From the NCBI GenBank assembly GCA_045863295.1, contig BTWA01000009.1:96001-160000 (forward strand): a stretch of DNA of 64,000 nt, in the 5' to 3' direction. Both the position numbers and the translations under genes were made by a program. Origin of the DNA: Candidatus Hydrogenedentota bacterium. Lineage in GTDB: Bacteria; Hydrogenedentota; Hydrogenedentia; Hydrogenedentales; SLHB01. The notes beneath the pieces were generated by a model, which was given only the letters and a program-made list of their open reading frames with translations, searched no databases and was not told the origin of the DNA. Every line of letters begins with the position of its first letter. Within the stretch, counting starts at the first letter, position 1. This document shows positions 48,464 through 59,400 of this stretch, piece after piece.

Positions 48464-49150
48464 ATGATTGCCGGCATACATCAATTGCATTATCTGCCCT
48501 GGCTGCGCTACATCGAAAAGATGGCGCGGTGCGACGTGTTCATCGTGCTCGACAATATCCAATACAACAAGAACGGTTGGCAGAACCGAAACAGGATAAA
48601 GACCGCGAACGGGCCGTTGCTGCTGACAGTTCCCGTGCATGCGCGGCTTGGCGATACTTTAGATCAGGTCGCCATCAACAATGCCGTGCCTTGGCGCAAG
48701 AAGCACCGTGCTTCGATCGAACAGGCGTACCGGCACGCACCGTTTTTCGACGCCTACTGGCCGCCCCTGGCTGCCGTGTATGAACACGAGTGGGCCATGC
48801 TGAACGACCTTAACCGGGCCATGATCGACTGGTATGTCCGCGCGCTGGGTATTGGCTCGCGCATCGTCTATGCGTCGGAGTTGAATGCGCTTGGCACGGC
48901 CACGGAACGGTTGATCAATCTGATGAAAGCAGTGGACGGGACCCGGTACTACAGCGGCGCCTACGCGCTGGAGCAATATCTGGACGCGGAGGCGCTGGCC
49001 GCCGCGGGCATCGGCCTCGTCATTCAAGAATGGCGGGCTCCGGAGTATCCTCAGTTACACGGACCGTTTGTCCGCGATCTTTCGATACTCGACATGATGT
49101 TTCACTGCGGACCGGATACGCTGTCCATTATTTTGGAGAAAAGATCGTGA
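48464..49150 (+). CDS. WbqC family protein
   Basis: HQ..YLPW, D..QY.K.GWQNRNRI, Y.HAPFF, YPQL, LSILD.MF. Confidence 0.93.
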   Translation: MIAGIHQLHYLPWLRYIEKMARCDVFIVLDNIQYNKNGWQNRNRIKTANGPLLLTVPVHARLGDTLDQVAINNAVPWRKKHRASIEQAYRHAPFFDAYWPPLAAVYEHEWAMLNDLNRAMIDWYVRALGIGSRIVYASELNALGTATERLINLMKAVDGTRYYSGAYALEQYLDAEALAAAGIGLVIQEWRAPEYPQLHGPFVRDLSILDMMFHCGPDTLSIILEKRS

Positions 49151-50130
49151 TACCGCACAGCGCGCCTACCGTCGGCGAAGCAGAGGCCGCGGCCGCCGCT
49201 CGTGTCATACATTCCGGGCATCTGTCGCAGGGGCGGGAGGTGGCGGCCTTCGAATCAGAATGCGCCGCTTTCGTTGGACGCCGGTTTGCGGTTGCGGTGA
49301 GCAGCGGCACAAGCGCGTTGCACCTTGCCCTCGCCGCCCTGGAATTGCCCGCGCATTCGCGCGTGGCCGTTCCCGCATATGCCTGCGCCTCGTTGTCTAC
49401 GGCCGTGCATCTCTGCGGGTTGGTACCGTCCTTCATGGATATTGCTGACGGGTACAATGCCGACATTGCCCATTGCCCTCCCGATGCGGGGGCCGTGGTC
49501 GTTCCTCATCTGTTTGGGTTGCCCGCCCGCACGCCAACGGCCCGGCTTTGGATCGAGGACATTGCACAGTCCATCGGCGGTCCCACCGGGCAGGGCGGCC
49601 TGTTGACAGTTGCATCTTTTTATGCGACTAAACTGATGACCACGGGCGAAGGCGGCATGGTGTTGACGGACGACCTTTCGTTAGCGGAACACGTTCGGGA
49701 TCGGCGCGACTATGACAATCGGGATGATTTTAAGACACGATACAACTACAAGATGACCGACGTGCAGGCCGCGATCGGGCGTGAGCAGTTGCGCCGGTTG
49801 CCCGGGTTCGTCGATCGGCGCCGCGACGTTGCAAGCCGCTATCACGAAGCATTTGCCGGATTGCCGGTGGTATGTCCGGGAGGAGAGGGGCACGTGTACT
49901 TCCGGTATGTCATTGCGACGGATCGCCGCGCCGCGCTTCAGCGGCACTTGACTGAAGCCGGCGTGGAATCCAAGCGGCCTGTGCATTGCCCGTCTCATCA
50001 CTATTTTGGCGGTCAATTCCCCGAAAGTGATCGTGCGCATGAACGATGCCTGTCATTGCCGATCTATCCAACACTCACGGCTGAATCGAGGCAACGAGTC
50101 GTCGAAGCCGTGCGCCGGTTTTTCGAGTGA
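49147..50130 (+). CDS. DegT/DnrJ/EryC1/StrS aminotransferase
   Basis: AVSSGTSALHLAL, IEDIAQS, SFYATKLMTTGEGG, NYKMTD, LSLPIYP. Confidence 0.93.
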   Translation: MIPHSAPTVGEAEAAAAARVIHSGHLSQGREVAAFESECAAFVGRRFAVAVSSGTSALHLALAALELPAHSRVAVPAYACASLSTAVHLCGLVPSFMDIADGYNADIAHCPPDAGAVVVPHLFGLPARTPTARLWIEDIAQSIGGPTGQGGLLTVASFYATKLMTTGEGGMVLTDDLSLAEHVRDRRDYDNRDDFKTRYNYKMTDVQAAIGREQLRRLPGFVDRRRDVASRYHEAFAGLPVVCPGGEGHVYFRYVIATDRRAALQRHLTEAGVESKRPVHCPSHHYFGGQFPESDRAHERCLSLPIYPTLTAESRQRVVEAVRRFFE

Positions 50131-50143
50131 CTGGCAAAAGCGC

Positions 50144-51523
50144 TTAGAGATCCACAGGCACGCCTTCTTTCTGAATGTGGACATTCCGGCATCCCGCGTC
50201 TTCCAGTCCGGACTTCAGTGCTTGGAGTGCTTCTTCTTCTCCATGGACCAGGAGAATCTTGCCGGCTGTATCCTTAAATCGCGATCCAAAGGCAATGAGT
50301 TCCGACCGGCCCGCGTGTGCGCTTAGCGAGTTTAAGACAACAACTTCCGCACGGAGGGGTTGTTTCACTCCGAATATCTTGATGTCCTTTTCCCGCTCCA
50401 CGATTCGGCGGCCCAGCGTGTGTTTGGCTTGGAAACCGATGATGAGAATCGTATTCCGTTCATCTGCGCAATTGTTCCGCAGATGGTGGAGGATGCGTCC
50501 ATACTCGCACATGCCCGAAGCCGAGATGATGATGATCGGTTCATCAATCTCGTTGATTTCCATCGACTCCTCGACACTGTGCACGTAGCGAATCCGTTTT
50601 AATAGGAATGGGTCGCCCGCGTCCGACATCAGGTTGGTCGTGCCGTCGTCGAATAAATCGGTGTGCAGGCGGAATACTTCCGTGATGTTGACGGTCATGG
50701 GACTGTCGACGAATACGCGCATCGTGGGAATCTTGTTCTTGGACTCGAGCAGCTTCAGCGTGTAAATGAATTCTTGGGCGCGCTCAAACGCGAATGAGGG
50801 AACAATGACCTTGCCGCCGCGATTGTACGTGCGATTGATGGTTTCCGCCAATTTATGTTCCAGGGTCTCGATGGGATCGTGGTCGCGGTTGCCATAGGTG
50901 CTCTCCATCATGACCACGTCGGCTTGGGCCGGTTCCCACGGGTCGCGCAGGATCGGCATGTTTTTGCGTCCGATGTCGCCGCTGAAGAGGAATATCTTAC
51001 GGCTGCCGTTTTCCTCGATTTCCGTGTGCACCATGGCGGAGCCCAGCACGTGGCCGGCGTCCCGGTAGGTGATGCGCACACCGGGCGCGACCTCAAACGG
51101 CATGTCGTAGGGAATGCACACAAAGTGCCGCATAACTTCCTGCACGTCTTCTTCCGAGTAGATGGGGGGCACGAAGGTTTGCTTTTTCTTGGACAGCCAG
51201 CGGGCATCGCGCTCCTGAATGTGGGCGCTGTCCAGCAACATGACAGAACATAGATCGCGCGTGGCTGGGGTGGCGAAGATGCGCCCTTGAAAGTTGTGGC
51301 GCGCGAGAATGGGGAGCGTGCCGCAATGGTCGATATGTGCGTGGCTCAGTACCACGCACGACAGTGTCCGCCCGTCAAAGGGCAGTTGCTTGTTCTTCTG
51401 AAAGGTAATGTCGCGCCGGCCTTGAAACATTCCGCAGTCGAACAAAACGCGATGGCCGTTTACTTCAAGCAGATGCTTGCTGCCGGTAACATCTTCCGCG
51501 GCCCCGTACGACGTAATACGCAT
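50144..51523 (-). CDS. MBL-fold/beta-CASP ribonuclease (YSH1-like)
   Basis: VTGSKH, DCGMFQG, LSHAHIDHCG, AGHVLGSA, FSGDIG, MESTYG, SASGMCE.GRILHH, LSAHA. Confidence 0.93.
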   Translation of the reverse strand: MRITSYGAAEDVTGSKHLLEVNGHRVLFDCGMFQGRRDITFQKNKQLPFDGRTLSCVVLSHAHIDHCGTLPILARHNFQGRIFATPATRDLCSVMLLDSAHIQERDARWLSKKKQTFVPPIYSEEDVQEVMRHFVCIPYDMPFEVAPGVRITYRDAGHVLGSAMVHTEIEENGSRKIFLFSGDIGRKNMPILRDPWEPAQADVVMMESTYGNRDHDPIETLEHKLAETINRTYNRGGKVIVPSFAFERAQEFIYTLKLLESKNKIPTMRVFVDSPMTVNITEVFRLHTDLFDDGTTNLMSDAGDPFLLKRIRYVHSVEESMEINEIDEPIIIISASGMCEYGRILHHLRNNCADERNTILIIGFQAKHTLGRRIVEREKDIKIFGVKQPLRAEVVVLNSLSAHAGRSELIAFGSRFKDTAGKILLVHGEEEALQALKSGLEDAGCRNVHIQKEGVPVDL

Positions 51524-51639
51524 TCCCGAATCTCCCCCGCTTCGATTGAACATCAACGTTGGAAGATATCACACCGGTTGGGGATATCTCGACGCAGGCG
51601 AACAAGCGCGACGGTGTGGAGCTGATGAGAGGTGATCGC

Positions 51640-51673
51640 AAAAGAAGGGGACCGGACCCGTGGGTCCGGTCCC
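51640..51673 (-). terminator. Intrinsic terminator
   Basis: Minus strand GGGACCGGACC-CACG-GGTCCGGTCCC then CTTCTTTT. Confidence 0.85.
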
Positions 51674-51788
51674 TAATATCTGAACTCGCGCCGGGGAACA
51701 CGGTCACCCGACCGCAAGTTGTTTTAGAGACCCCGGAATTGCTTCCGAGGCCTCCGCGGAAGGAGAAACGCCACATGTGGCGCTGACC
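51640..51788 (-). ncRNA. Candidate structured small RNA or leader (about 150 nt)
   Basis: Own promoter upstream, three hairpins and an intrinsic terminator; no convincing ORF. Confidence 0.6.
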
Positions 51789-51794
51789 AACTAG

Positions 51795-51823
51795 ATTGTA
51801 ACACGCTTGTCAATAGAACGCAA
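51795..51823 (-). promoter_or_regulatory. Putative sigma70 promoter of the candidate RNA
   Basis: Minus strand TTGCGT-N17-TACAAT with extended -10 TG. Confidence 0.6.
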
Positions 51824-51852
51824 ACATCCTATTTGTGTTTATTTACAACTCC

Positions 51853-53334
51853 TTATGTAGCTTCGAGAAGTGTTTTTTTAACGGCATTTTGCCAACCGTT
51901 TACCGCCTTTTCGCGTTGTTCATTGTTCCATATTGGCTCAAAAACGCGATCCGGTTTCCATACGGATCGGAGCACGTCCTGGCTTTGCCAGACCCCCACG
52001 GCAAGGCCCGCAAGGAAGGCGGCCCCCTGTGCGGTGCTTTCAATGGTTACGCCACGGTGGACGGGACACCCAAGTATATCGGCCTGATGCTGCATCAGTA
52101 GGTTATTAGTGCATGCGCCGCCGTCTACCTTCAGTTTAGGTATGGTGTGCCCCAAGTCTTTCTCCATGCAACGTGCCACGTCGGCGGATTGAAACGAGAT
52201 GGATTCCAGAGCGGCCCGCACCATATGGGCTCGGCTTGAGCCTCGCGTGAGGCCAGCAATTACACCTCGCGCGTTCATGTTCCAGTGGGGCGCGCCAAGT
52301 CCGACAAATGCGGGCACGACGTAGACGCCGCCGGTGTTTTCAACTTGTGACGCAACGGCTTCGCTTTCCGCGGCTGTAGCAATGAGGCCGAGTTCGTCGC
52401 GAAGCCACTGAATGACGGCTCCGCCGATGAACACGCTGCCTTCGAGGGCGTAGGTCGTATTTCCGCCGATTCCCCAGGCAATCGTCGTCAGTAGTCCGTG
52501 TTTGGAAGAAACGGCTATCTTGCCGGTATTCATCAGGAGAAAGCACCCTGTCCCATAGGTGTTTTTGCACTCGCCTTCGTCGAATCCGGCTTGCCCGAAC
52601 AAGGCACTCTGCTGATCGCCGCAAAGGGCGGCCACCGGAATTCCTCCACCCAACGCGTGGGTGACGCCGTATACGGTGCTCGATTCACCCACTTCGGGCA
52701 GGATTTCGTGGGGTACTTGCAGTGCTTTCAGGAGTACATCGTCCCATTGAAGTGTGTGGATATTATACAGCAGGGTCCGCGATGCGTTTGAGCAATCGGT
52801 GGCGTGTTTGCCAGTGAGATTGAAAAGAAGCCACGAGTCGATCGTGCCGAAGCAGAGTTCGCCGCGCTGTGCCCGTTTGCGCGCACCGGGTACGTGATCG
52901 AGAATCCACTTCACCTTAGTACCGGAGAAGTAGGCATCCATGACGAGTCCGGTCCGATCGGAAAACTCGGCGGTAAGCCCCTCCGCGGAAATCTGCTCGC
53001 AGATAGGCGCGGTGCGCCGGCATTGCCACACGATGGCATTGTATATGGGCTTGCCCGTGGTTCGATCCCAGATCACGGTAGTTTCGCGTTGGTTCGTAAT
53101 GCCAATCGCGGCTACATCGGATGCCGTCGCGCCCGCTTTTTTCAGGGCTGCCTTTGCTGTTTCCAGTTGCGAAGACCAGATTTCCTCCGGGTCATGCTCC
53201 ACCCAGCCGGGCAACGGATAGATTTGCGCGAATTCCTTGTTGACCGAGGCTCGTATTTTGCCTTCGTCGTCGAACACGATGGATCTCGAACTGGCCGTGC
53301 CCTGATCCAACGCCAGTATCAGACGCTTACTCAC
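51853..53334 (-). CDS. glpK: Glycerol kinase
   Basis: ALDQGT.SSR, GITNQRETT, AIVWQCRRT, YFSGTK, GDQQSALFGQ, KNTYGTG, LKVDGGA. Confidence 0.98.
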   Translation of the reverse strand: MSKRLILALDQGTASSRSIVFDDEGKIRASVNKEFAQIYPLPGWVEHDPEEIWSSQLETAKAALKKAGATASDVAAIGITNQRETTVIWDRTTGKPIYNAIVWQCRRTAPICEQISAEGLTAEFSDRTGLVMDAYFSGTKVKWILDHVPGARKRAQRGELCFGTIDSWLLFNLTGKHATDCSNASRTLLYNIHTLQWDDVLLKALQVPHEILPEVGESSTVYGVTHALGGGIPVAALCGDQQSALFGQAGFDEGECKNTYGTGCFLLMNTGKIAVSSKHGLLTTIAWGIGGNTTYALEGSVFIGGAVIQWLRDELGLIATAAESEAVASQVENTGGVYVVPAFVGLGAPHWNMNARGVIAGLTRGSSRAHMVRAALESISFQSADVARCMEKDLGHTIPKLKVDGGACTNNLLMQHQADILGCPVHRGVTIESTAQGAAFLAGLAVGVWQSQDVLRSVWKPDRVFEPIWNNEQREKAVNGWQNAVKKTLLEAT

Positions 53335-53433
53335 CCGATCGCTCCTCCCTCAGTGGATGCCGGCAATTGTAACGGATGAGAAGTCACAGGCAAAGGCAAT
53401 GTGCCCGTACCACTCCCTCGCGAATTGCAGATG

Positions 53434-56400
53434 TCACGGTAAGTCGAGGTTTTTGGTTTTTCGCAATTGCATGCCGCCAAACACCAACGAAACGGCGGCT
53501 AACACGAGAACGATCACACCACCGATTGCGGCGGGCATGCGTGCACCGGAAAGGTCGGGGGCAGGAATCGTGTCGTCCTGCCGCCTGCCCCACTGCAGAG
53601 TGGCGCTGTGAAAGAGGGCGATGGCGGGTTCGCTTGGCGAGTGACTGGCCGTCAAGGCAGTGCCCACGGGGTCGAGCAAACCCACAACCTGTTCCACCGG
53701 GTGCCATCCGGCATGCGGACCGTCAGCAATGTACGCGTAGAGGCACAGCGTGCTCATGTCTTCTTCATTAGGCTGGTGGAGATTGGCAAGTATTGATACT
53801 GTAGCGGGTCCGCGAATCTCCGCAACGAAAGGTTCGCCGATCGCGCCGACAAGTACCGGTACATTCATTGCCTCCGAAACGTCGATTACTTCGAATGTAA
53901 CCGCGATCGACCTCACGAGTTCACCGTCGATTGTCCGTGCCGTTGCCCAAAGACGGATCGACTCGCCTTCCGCCCAATTCGACTTAGGAGTCACTGTAAC
54001 CCATGCGTCGTTGCCCGCGGATAGCGGGACTTCCATCCACTTCACCTCGTATGGTGAATTCATGCTGACGTCAACGGACATTTGGACACTCTGCGTATCT
54101 AACGGCGTATCTGCGCGCAGGCGCACGGCCAGAGCGTCATCGGGCAATGCAGCGCGCACACCCGGAGCAATGGACCCTATTGGAAGCGCGACTTCGAATG
54201 CACGCGCGTCCAGACCCTTGGTTCCCGTGCCGCGGTGGCCGCTGTCGGGGTTGCTCCAATCGCTAACGGTGCTGCCCGCACCCAGTGCTTGAACCCAGTA
54301 CACGTGCGAGTTGACCTCGAATTCGGTGGAGGGCGATCCGCCACATCCGCTCGCGGGGATGGTGATCTCGGTTGGCGCGGCAGCGGAAAAGTCATCGTGC
54401 TGCGTACTCGCGACATCGGCCAACATCTGTGCCGCACCAGGATTGGCTAGGTTGGCGCGGTACACGCGGTATGCCGTTGCATTCGCTACGGCACTCCAGG
54501 TTACGCGCACCTTATCGGTAAAAGTGCCATCGCTGGCTTGCAGGTTTTGCGGTTTGTCCAAGGTCGCGCGGATGTAATCCCCTGCGGTGTTGGCTTTGTT
54601 TCCGCCCCCCACGGTTACGCGTTGCGGCAACGGGGTCACCCAGCCGGGAACTTGCGAGAATGACACAATGTAATCTTGAGGCTTTAGACCAGTGACTTCC
54701 ACGCCGCTGTTGTTCCAAGCGCCGTCTTCAATGCGCCATTGCGCGCCCGCGGTCACGGCATCAGCCGGAGTGAGGGCGCATTGGATTGACCCCGGCCGCT
54801 GATACAGCCCGCTGCGTTCGAGAACCTGCTCAGGCGCAAGGGTGATATTAATCGTATCCGGTGTGAACCATCCGGCTACGGTTTTAAACTGAATCTGGTG
54901 GGCTCCTTGCGGCACGTTCTCCAGTGTCACGCCCGAGCTTTGCCACAGCCCGCTGTCCAAGCGCCATTGCGCGCCCGCGTTGACGCAGTCCTGCGGGCCC
55001 AACGTTACTTTCACCTTGCCTACGTTGGATACCAGGGGAACTGTCTCTTGCTTGCTCTGGCCGGCCGCGAGGATCACGGGACCAGAATACGTTTGGAAAT
55101 GCGGGGCCTGCACGGTGAGGGTGTAGCTTTGCCCTTCGAGACTAACCTCCCATGGTCCTCCGGGCGGCACGGCAATGTTGTTGTACGTGCTGTTGACATC
55201 GCCATTGCCGGGAACCAGGTTGAGCGTCGCGCCGGGAACATATGCACCGTTGTACTGCACGTGCACTTTGAGATTGGAGTTCAACGTGGGCGCGGCTTCC
55301 CGCCATACGCGTAACGAGTATCCCGTGTCGTCTCCGTATCCATCGCCCGCGCCTTTGGTGGAATAATAGACCTGCACGAGGTACCGGCCGTCCGCAGGCA
55401 CAACGAAAGAGACGTAGGAAGAAAAGTCACCCAGACCCGCGTCGTCGTTGGAGGCGATGGGAGACTTCACGCTGACGGGTCCGAACACATCGATCTGGGT
55501 GTCGCATCCCAGCCCGAGGTTTGACGTTTCAACCGTCACGATGGCCCCTGCGACCTCCTCAAACACGACGCAATCCACATCACCCTGGACGTGAAATGTG
55601 TGCCGTTGATCGGGGAAGCCGTTCACGGTGATCGGCTTGGCCAGTTCAAGGGTATCGTCCGCTTCGTACTCGTCGGGCGGCGTGCCTTCCGGAAAGGGCT
55701 TGTGCACAACGGTCTTCGCGGGTGCCGAGGTGTTGTCGCGCAAGTCAACCGCCGTCACTGTAACGGCGTAGGTACCAAATGCGTCGAAGATATCAATGGC
55801 TGCTTCGTAGCGGCCCTGGGCAACCGAGAGCAACTCGATTTCCACCTGCGTCAGACCGTCGGGCTTGGTTATGAGACATACCACTTCCTTCAATGAAAGC
55901 AGTGCGCTAATCTCCACCCAGATGGTGGCTTGGATCTCTTCGGGAGTTAATGTCTGAGCGCTTGATATGGCGCCGATAAGCGGTTCATCTCCCGACAATT
56001 CAATGCCGGTGCCGATGCTGTATTGCTGCGCGAGCGCTCCATCGATCTTCGTGCTGAATACGCCGTCGCCGTTGTCGTCGAGTTCAGCCCGTTGTTGGGC
56101 AGCCGAGTTCATGGCCTTGGCGGCCGTGGAAAACGCTTCTCCTACCGTCGCGCCGAGTGCCGTTTCCACCCAGAAGTAGCGGCTGAACGAGACGACGCCG
56201 TTGTTTGCAAAGGTGGCCGGTTGGCCGGAACCCGCCGAACCGACCAGGATTCGTTTCTGGCCCGCGGTGGGCCGAAGTCCCGAGATAACGCTACCCGATC
56301 CCGATGCATCGCACGCAACCGTGACAATGCCGGGTATGTCCTGGTGGAGCGCGTCGAGCCACCCGTCCAACACAGGCCAGGCGAGGAACTCGGCATCGCC

Positions 56401-59400
56401 GAGGTGAAACCCGTTGGTGGATCCTTGACCAACGAGACACAGCGTGAAATCGCGGGTGCTGGCCGAGGCCCACGTGTCGAGGGCGTCTTCCACACTCGCC
56501 AGCGTGGCGATACCGTCCACATCCGCCGTGATGGTCTGGCTCAGATAGCGAATGTCTTCCGGCGCATACCCCTGTATCTTCAACGAACGGTACACCCACG
56601 CCGCAAGCCATTCGTACGCGGGCCATTCGGGCGATGCATCGCTGCCCCCGGCCACGATGAGCACCTTGCGCGTCGGCGGCGCGCCGACGGTAACGGTGGT
56701 TTGGTAGGGCCCGGCGATCTGCCCTGCGCGGTTCGAAGCATATATATCCACTGTGTAGTCGCCCGGCGTGACAAAGTCTAGATAGGTGCCTTCCCATCGT
56801 CCGGTACCATCGGGCAGCAATTCCACAGTAGCCAGTTCCGTCACCGCAATGGTCGACGATTGCTGCTCATAAGTTGGCGGCGTGATGACCGCCCATACAC
56901 GGTTGATGCCGGAATCGTCGGTGAAGTCGGCCCAGATAACGCCGTCATTCACACCGCTGATCGTTCCGTCGCCGCCCACCGTATCGATCACGGGATCCGT
57001 AATGCCCTGCGGTACGCCGCTGCCTAGAAATGCGCTCTGCAATGCTGTCAAATCGCCGGGTTCGTTCGGCGTGCCGTTGCCGTCCGCGTCGAGTTGCGCT
57101 TTCTGAAATGATATCTCGACGGCATCCCGCGCGCGGGAAAACGCGGGTCCCAACGGATCACCGTTTAGAATCTGCATCCAAAAATGATTCGAAAAGGATA
57201 GGGCGCCGCCACTTACAAAATAGGCCTGTTCGCCTGGAGTGGTGCTGGTCATAATCACACGGCCCGAATTGGCCAAATTCTGCAGCAAAGAACCTGACTC
57301 GCACGCGTCGTAGACCAGGTAAATCTTTCCGCTTATCTGCGATTGGAGTGCCGAGAGCCACGCCACGAGGTCTGTGTCAAAAAGGAGTTCATTCTCGTTA
57401 ATACGGAACTTGTCCACACCACCATGATCGACCATGTACACGACCACATCATCTATCGGATCCGAAGTAGGGGACTGTCCCGCCCAAACCGTGAGCGCTT
57501 CCTGAATATTGGCCCGCGTAGCTTCGGCGTCAACGTTGACCCCGTTGGCATCGGGCGAAAGTAGCCGTATGCTGTCGTGCGTGAATCCCCGATATAGCAA
57601 CGCTTCGTGAGCGATGCGGGCGGTAGCAACGGTTGCATCCCATAGCCGGTTGCCTGCATAGGGTCCGCCGCCGGCGACAATTACCGCCTTGTTGTTAGCC
57701 ACGGCCGCGACCGGTGAAAACTCTTGAACGCGTGCGGCTTCGGTATCCAGTACATACACGTGGCCAATGGCATCCACAATAACATCGCGTGGAAAGGAGA
57801 ATTGTCCTGGATCAGTGCCGGTTTCTCCGATAGTCGTTATCAAAGTTCCGTCGGGAGCGTATTTGTAAAGTTTGTCCTCTCCGGTTCCCGTAATATAGAG
57901 ATTCCCTGCGGCGTCCACGTCCATTCCCCGATAGCTGGCTCCGGTGTGAGGCGTAAACACGACACCTGAATCCACCCAGGCTGTACCGTCCCAGAGAAAC
58001 TCTGCAATCGTGTCTGTGGAACCTATGTAGGCGATAGAGCCTGTGGGAGAGAGACCTATTGTCCTTGCAGTACCCGATGGTAAGGTCATTACCGGCGTCC
58101 CACTGATGCTGCCGGATGAACCGTTGATGATATATACGCCGCCCGAGCCAACAAAATATACATCCCCGTTTGGATGCATCGCCCAGTCACGAGCGTCAAC
58201 GGTGGGAATTGCTTCGAACTGTTCAACACCAGCCATATTGTACTTGGTCACGACTCCGCCACTCAGTCGGGGCAGAATCTCGGCGACGAAGACATTGCCC
58301 GCCGCGTCTACAAGGCACGCATCAGGTTCGCGATCTTCGAACGGATCTTCAGCGAACTCAGGGTATTGCTTCCATACCGAGAGGAACTGACCGGTGGGTG
58401 AGTATTTGTTTATTCGCCGGTTGAGGTAGTCGGCAACAAAAAAATTCCCCGATGCATCTCTGGAGAATCCCCACGGAGCGGTAAGGTAACCGGGTGCAGA
58501 AGAAGCACTGCCGATGCTGCCTGTCAACAGCCCGTTCCGCGTAAACTTGCGAATGGAACTTGCCCCTTGGTCGACCAAGTAAACGTAGCCTCTCTTGTCG
58601 GCGGCTAATCCGAATATTTCGCCCGTGCCACCGGGGAGCGGGTAGTTCATGATCACTAATACATCATCTGCTGGCTGCGTCCACCGTACAATGTCACCAT
58701 AATCGTTGCCCGCGTAAACTGTACCGCCTGGCCCCACGGCCATATATCCGGTAGGATTGCCATACGAAACTCCTCCCGGTCCAGTCCAATCAAAATGAAA
58801 TGGAAGTGCTTCACCCGAGGGCGAGTATTTGCTAGTGCCGTCGATGAAGAGATAGCCGTCCTCGTCGATAACCATATCCTTGTGTGCAATCACATTGGGA
58901 AGATGTCCCAGGTATCCACTCTCCAGATCAAACAAGTATGTTCCGGTGGCTGACCCCACATAGATCAATCCAGATTTGGCCACAGAGATGCACGTCGGCA
59001 AGAATGCTGGAGTGGTGCTGTCGGAGCCGTCGGTGAGTATGGCGCCAAGCTGTTCGCCCTTTTGATTGCACGCCCCCACGGCTGGAAACGGCGTTGTGGG
59101 GTTTGTTCCGTAGATCATAAAAAAGTTGCCGCGCGTGTCGAGCGCAAGATCTATTACTTTAAATCCCGCCGAACCAGGGACACCCGGCTGTCCCAACGCA
59201 TCATCGAAAGGTGCGGTGACATACGTCGAACCAAGATACCGGCCATTTTCGTTAAACTTTACAATCCAATAATTGTCGGAGACGTAAAGATTGCCCAAGT
59301 CATCCACTTGCACCGAAACCGGACTGGAGAAGCCGTACGACACATTACTGGAGGGCCACAGACGTTCGAACCGGTAATCGTCAGCATTGGCCCGACCGCT

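Noticed and set aside
51721..51730. GTTTTAGAG resembling the start of a type II CRISPR repeat/tracrRNA
   Set aside because: Single 9-bp match, no repeat-spacer array and no cas genes in the window.
51559..51786. 75-aa plus-strand ORF
   Set aside because: No RBS or motif; overlaps the minus-strand structured RNA and terminator.
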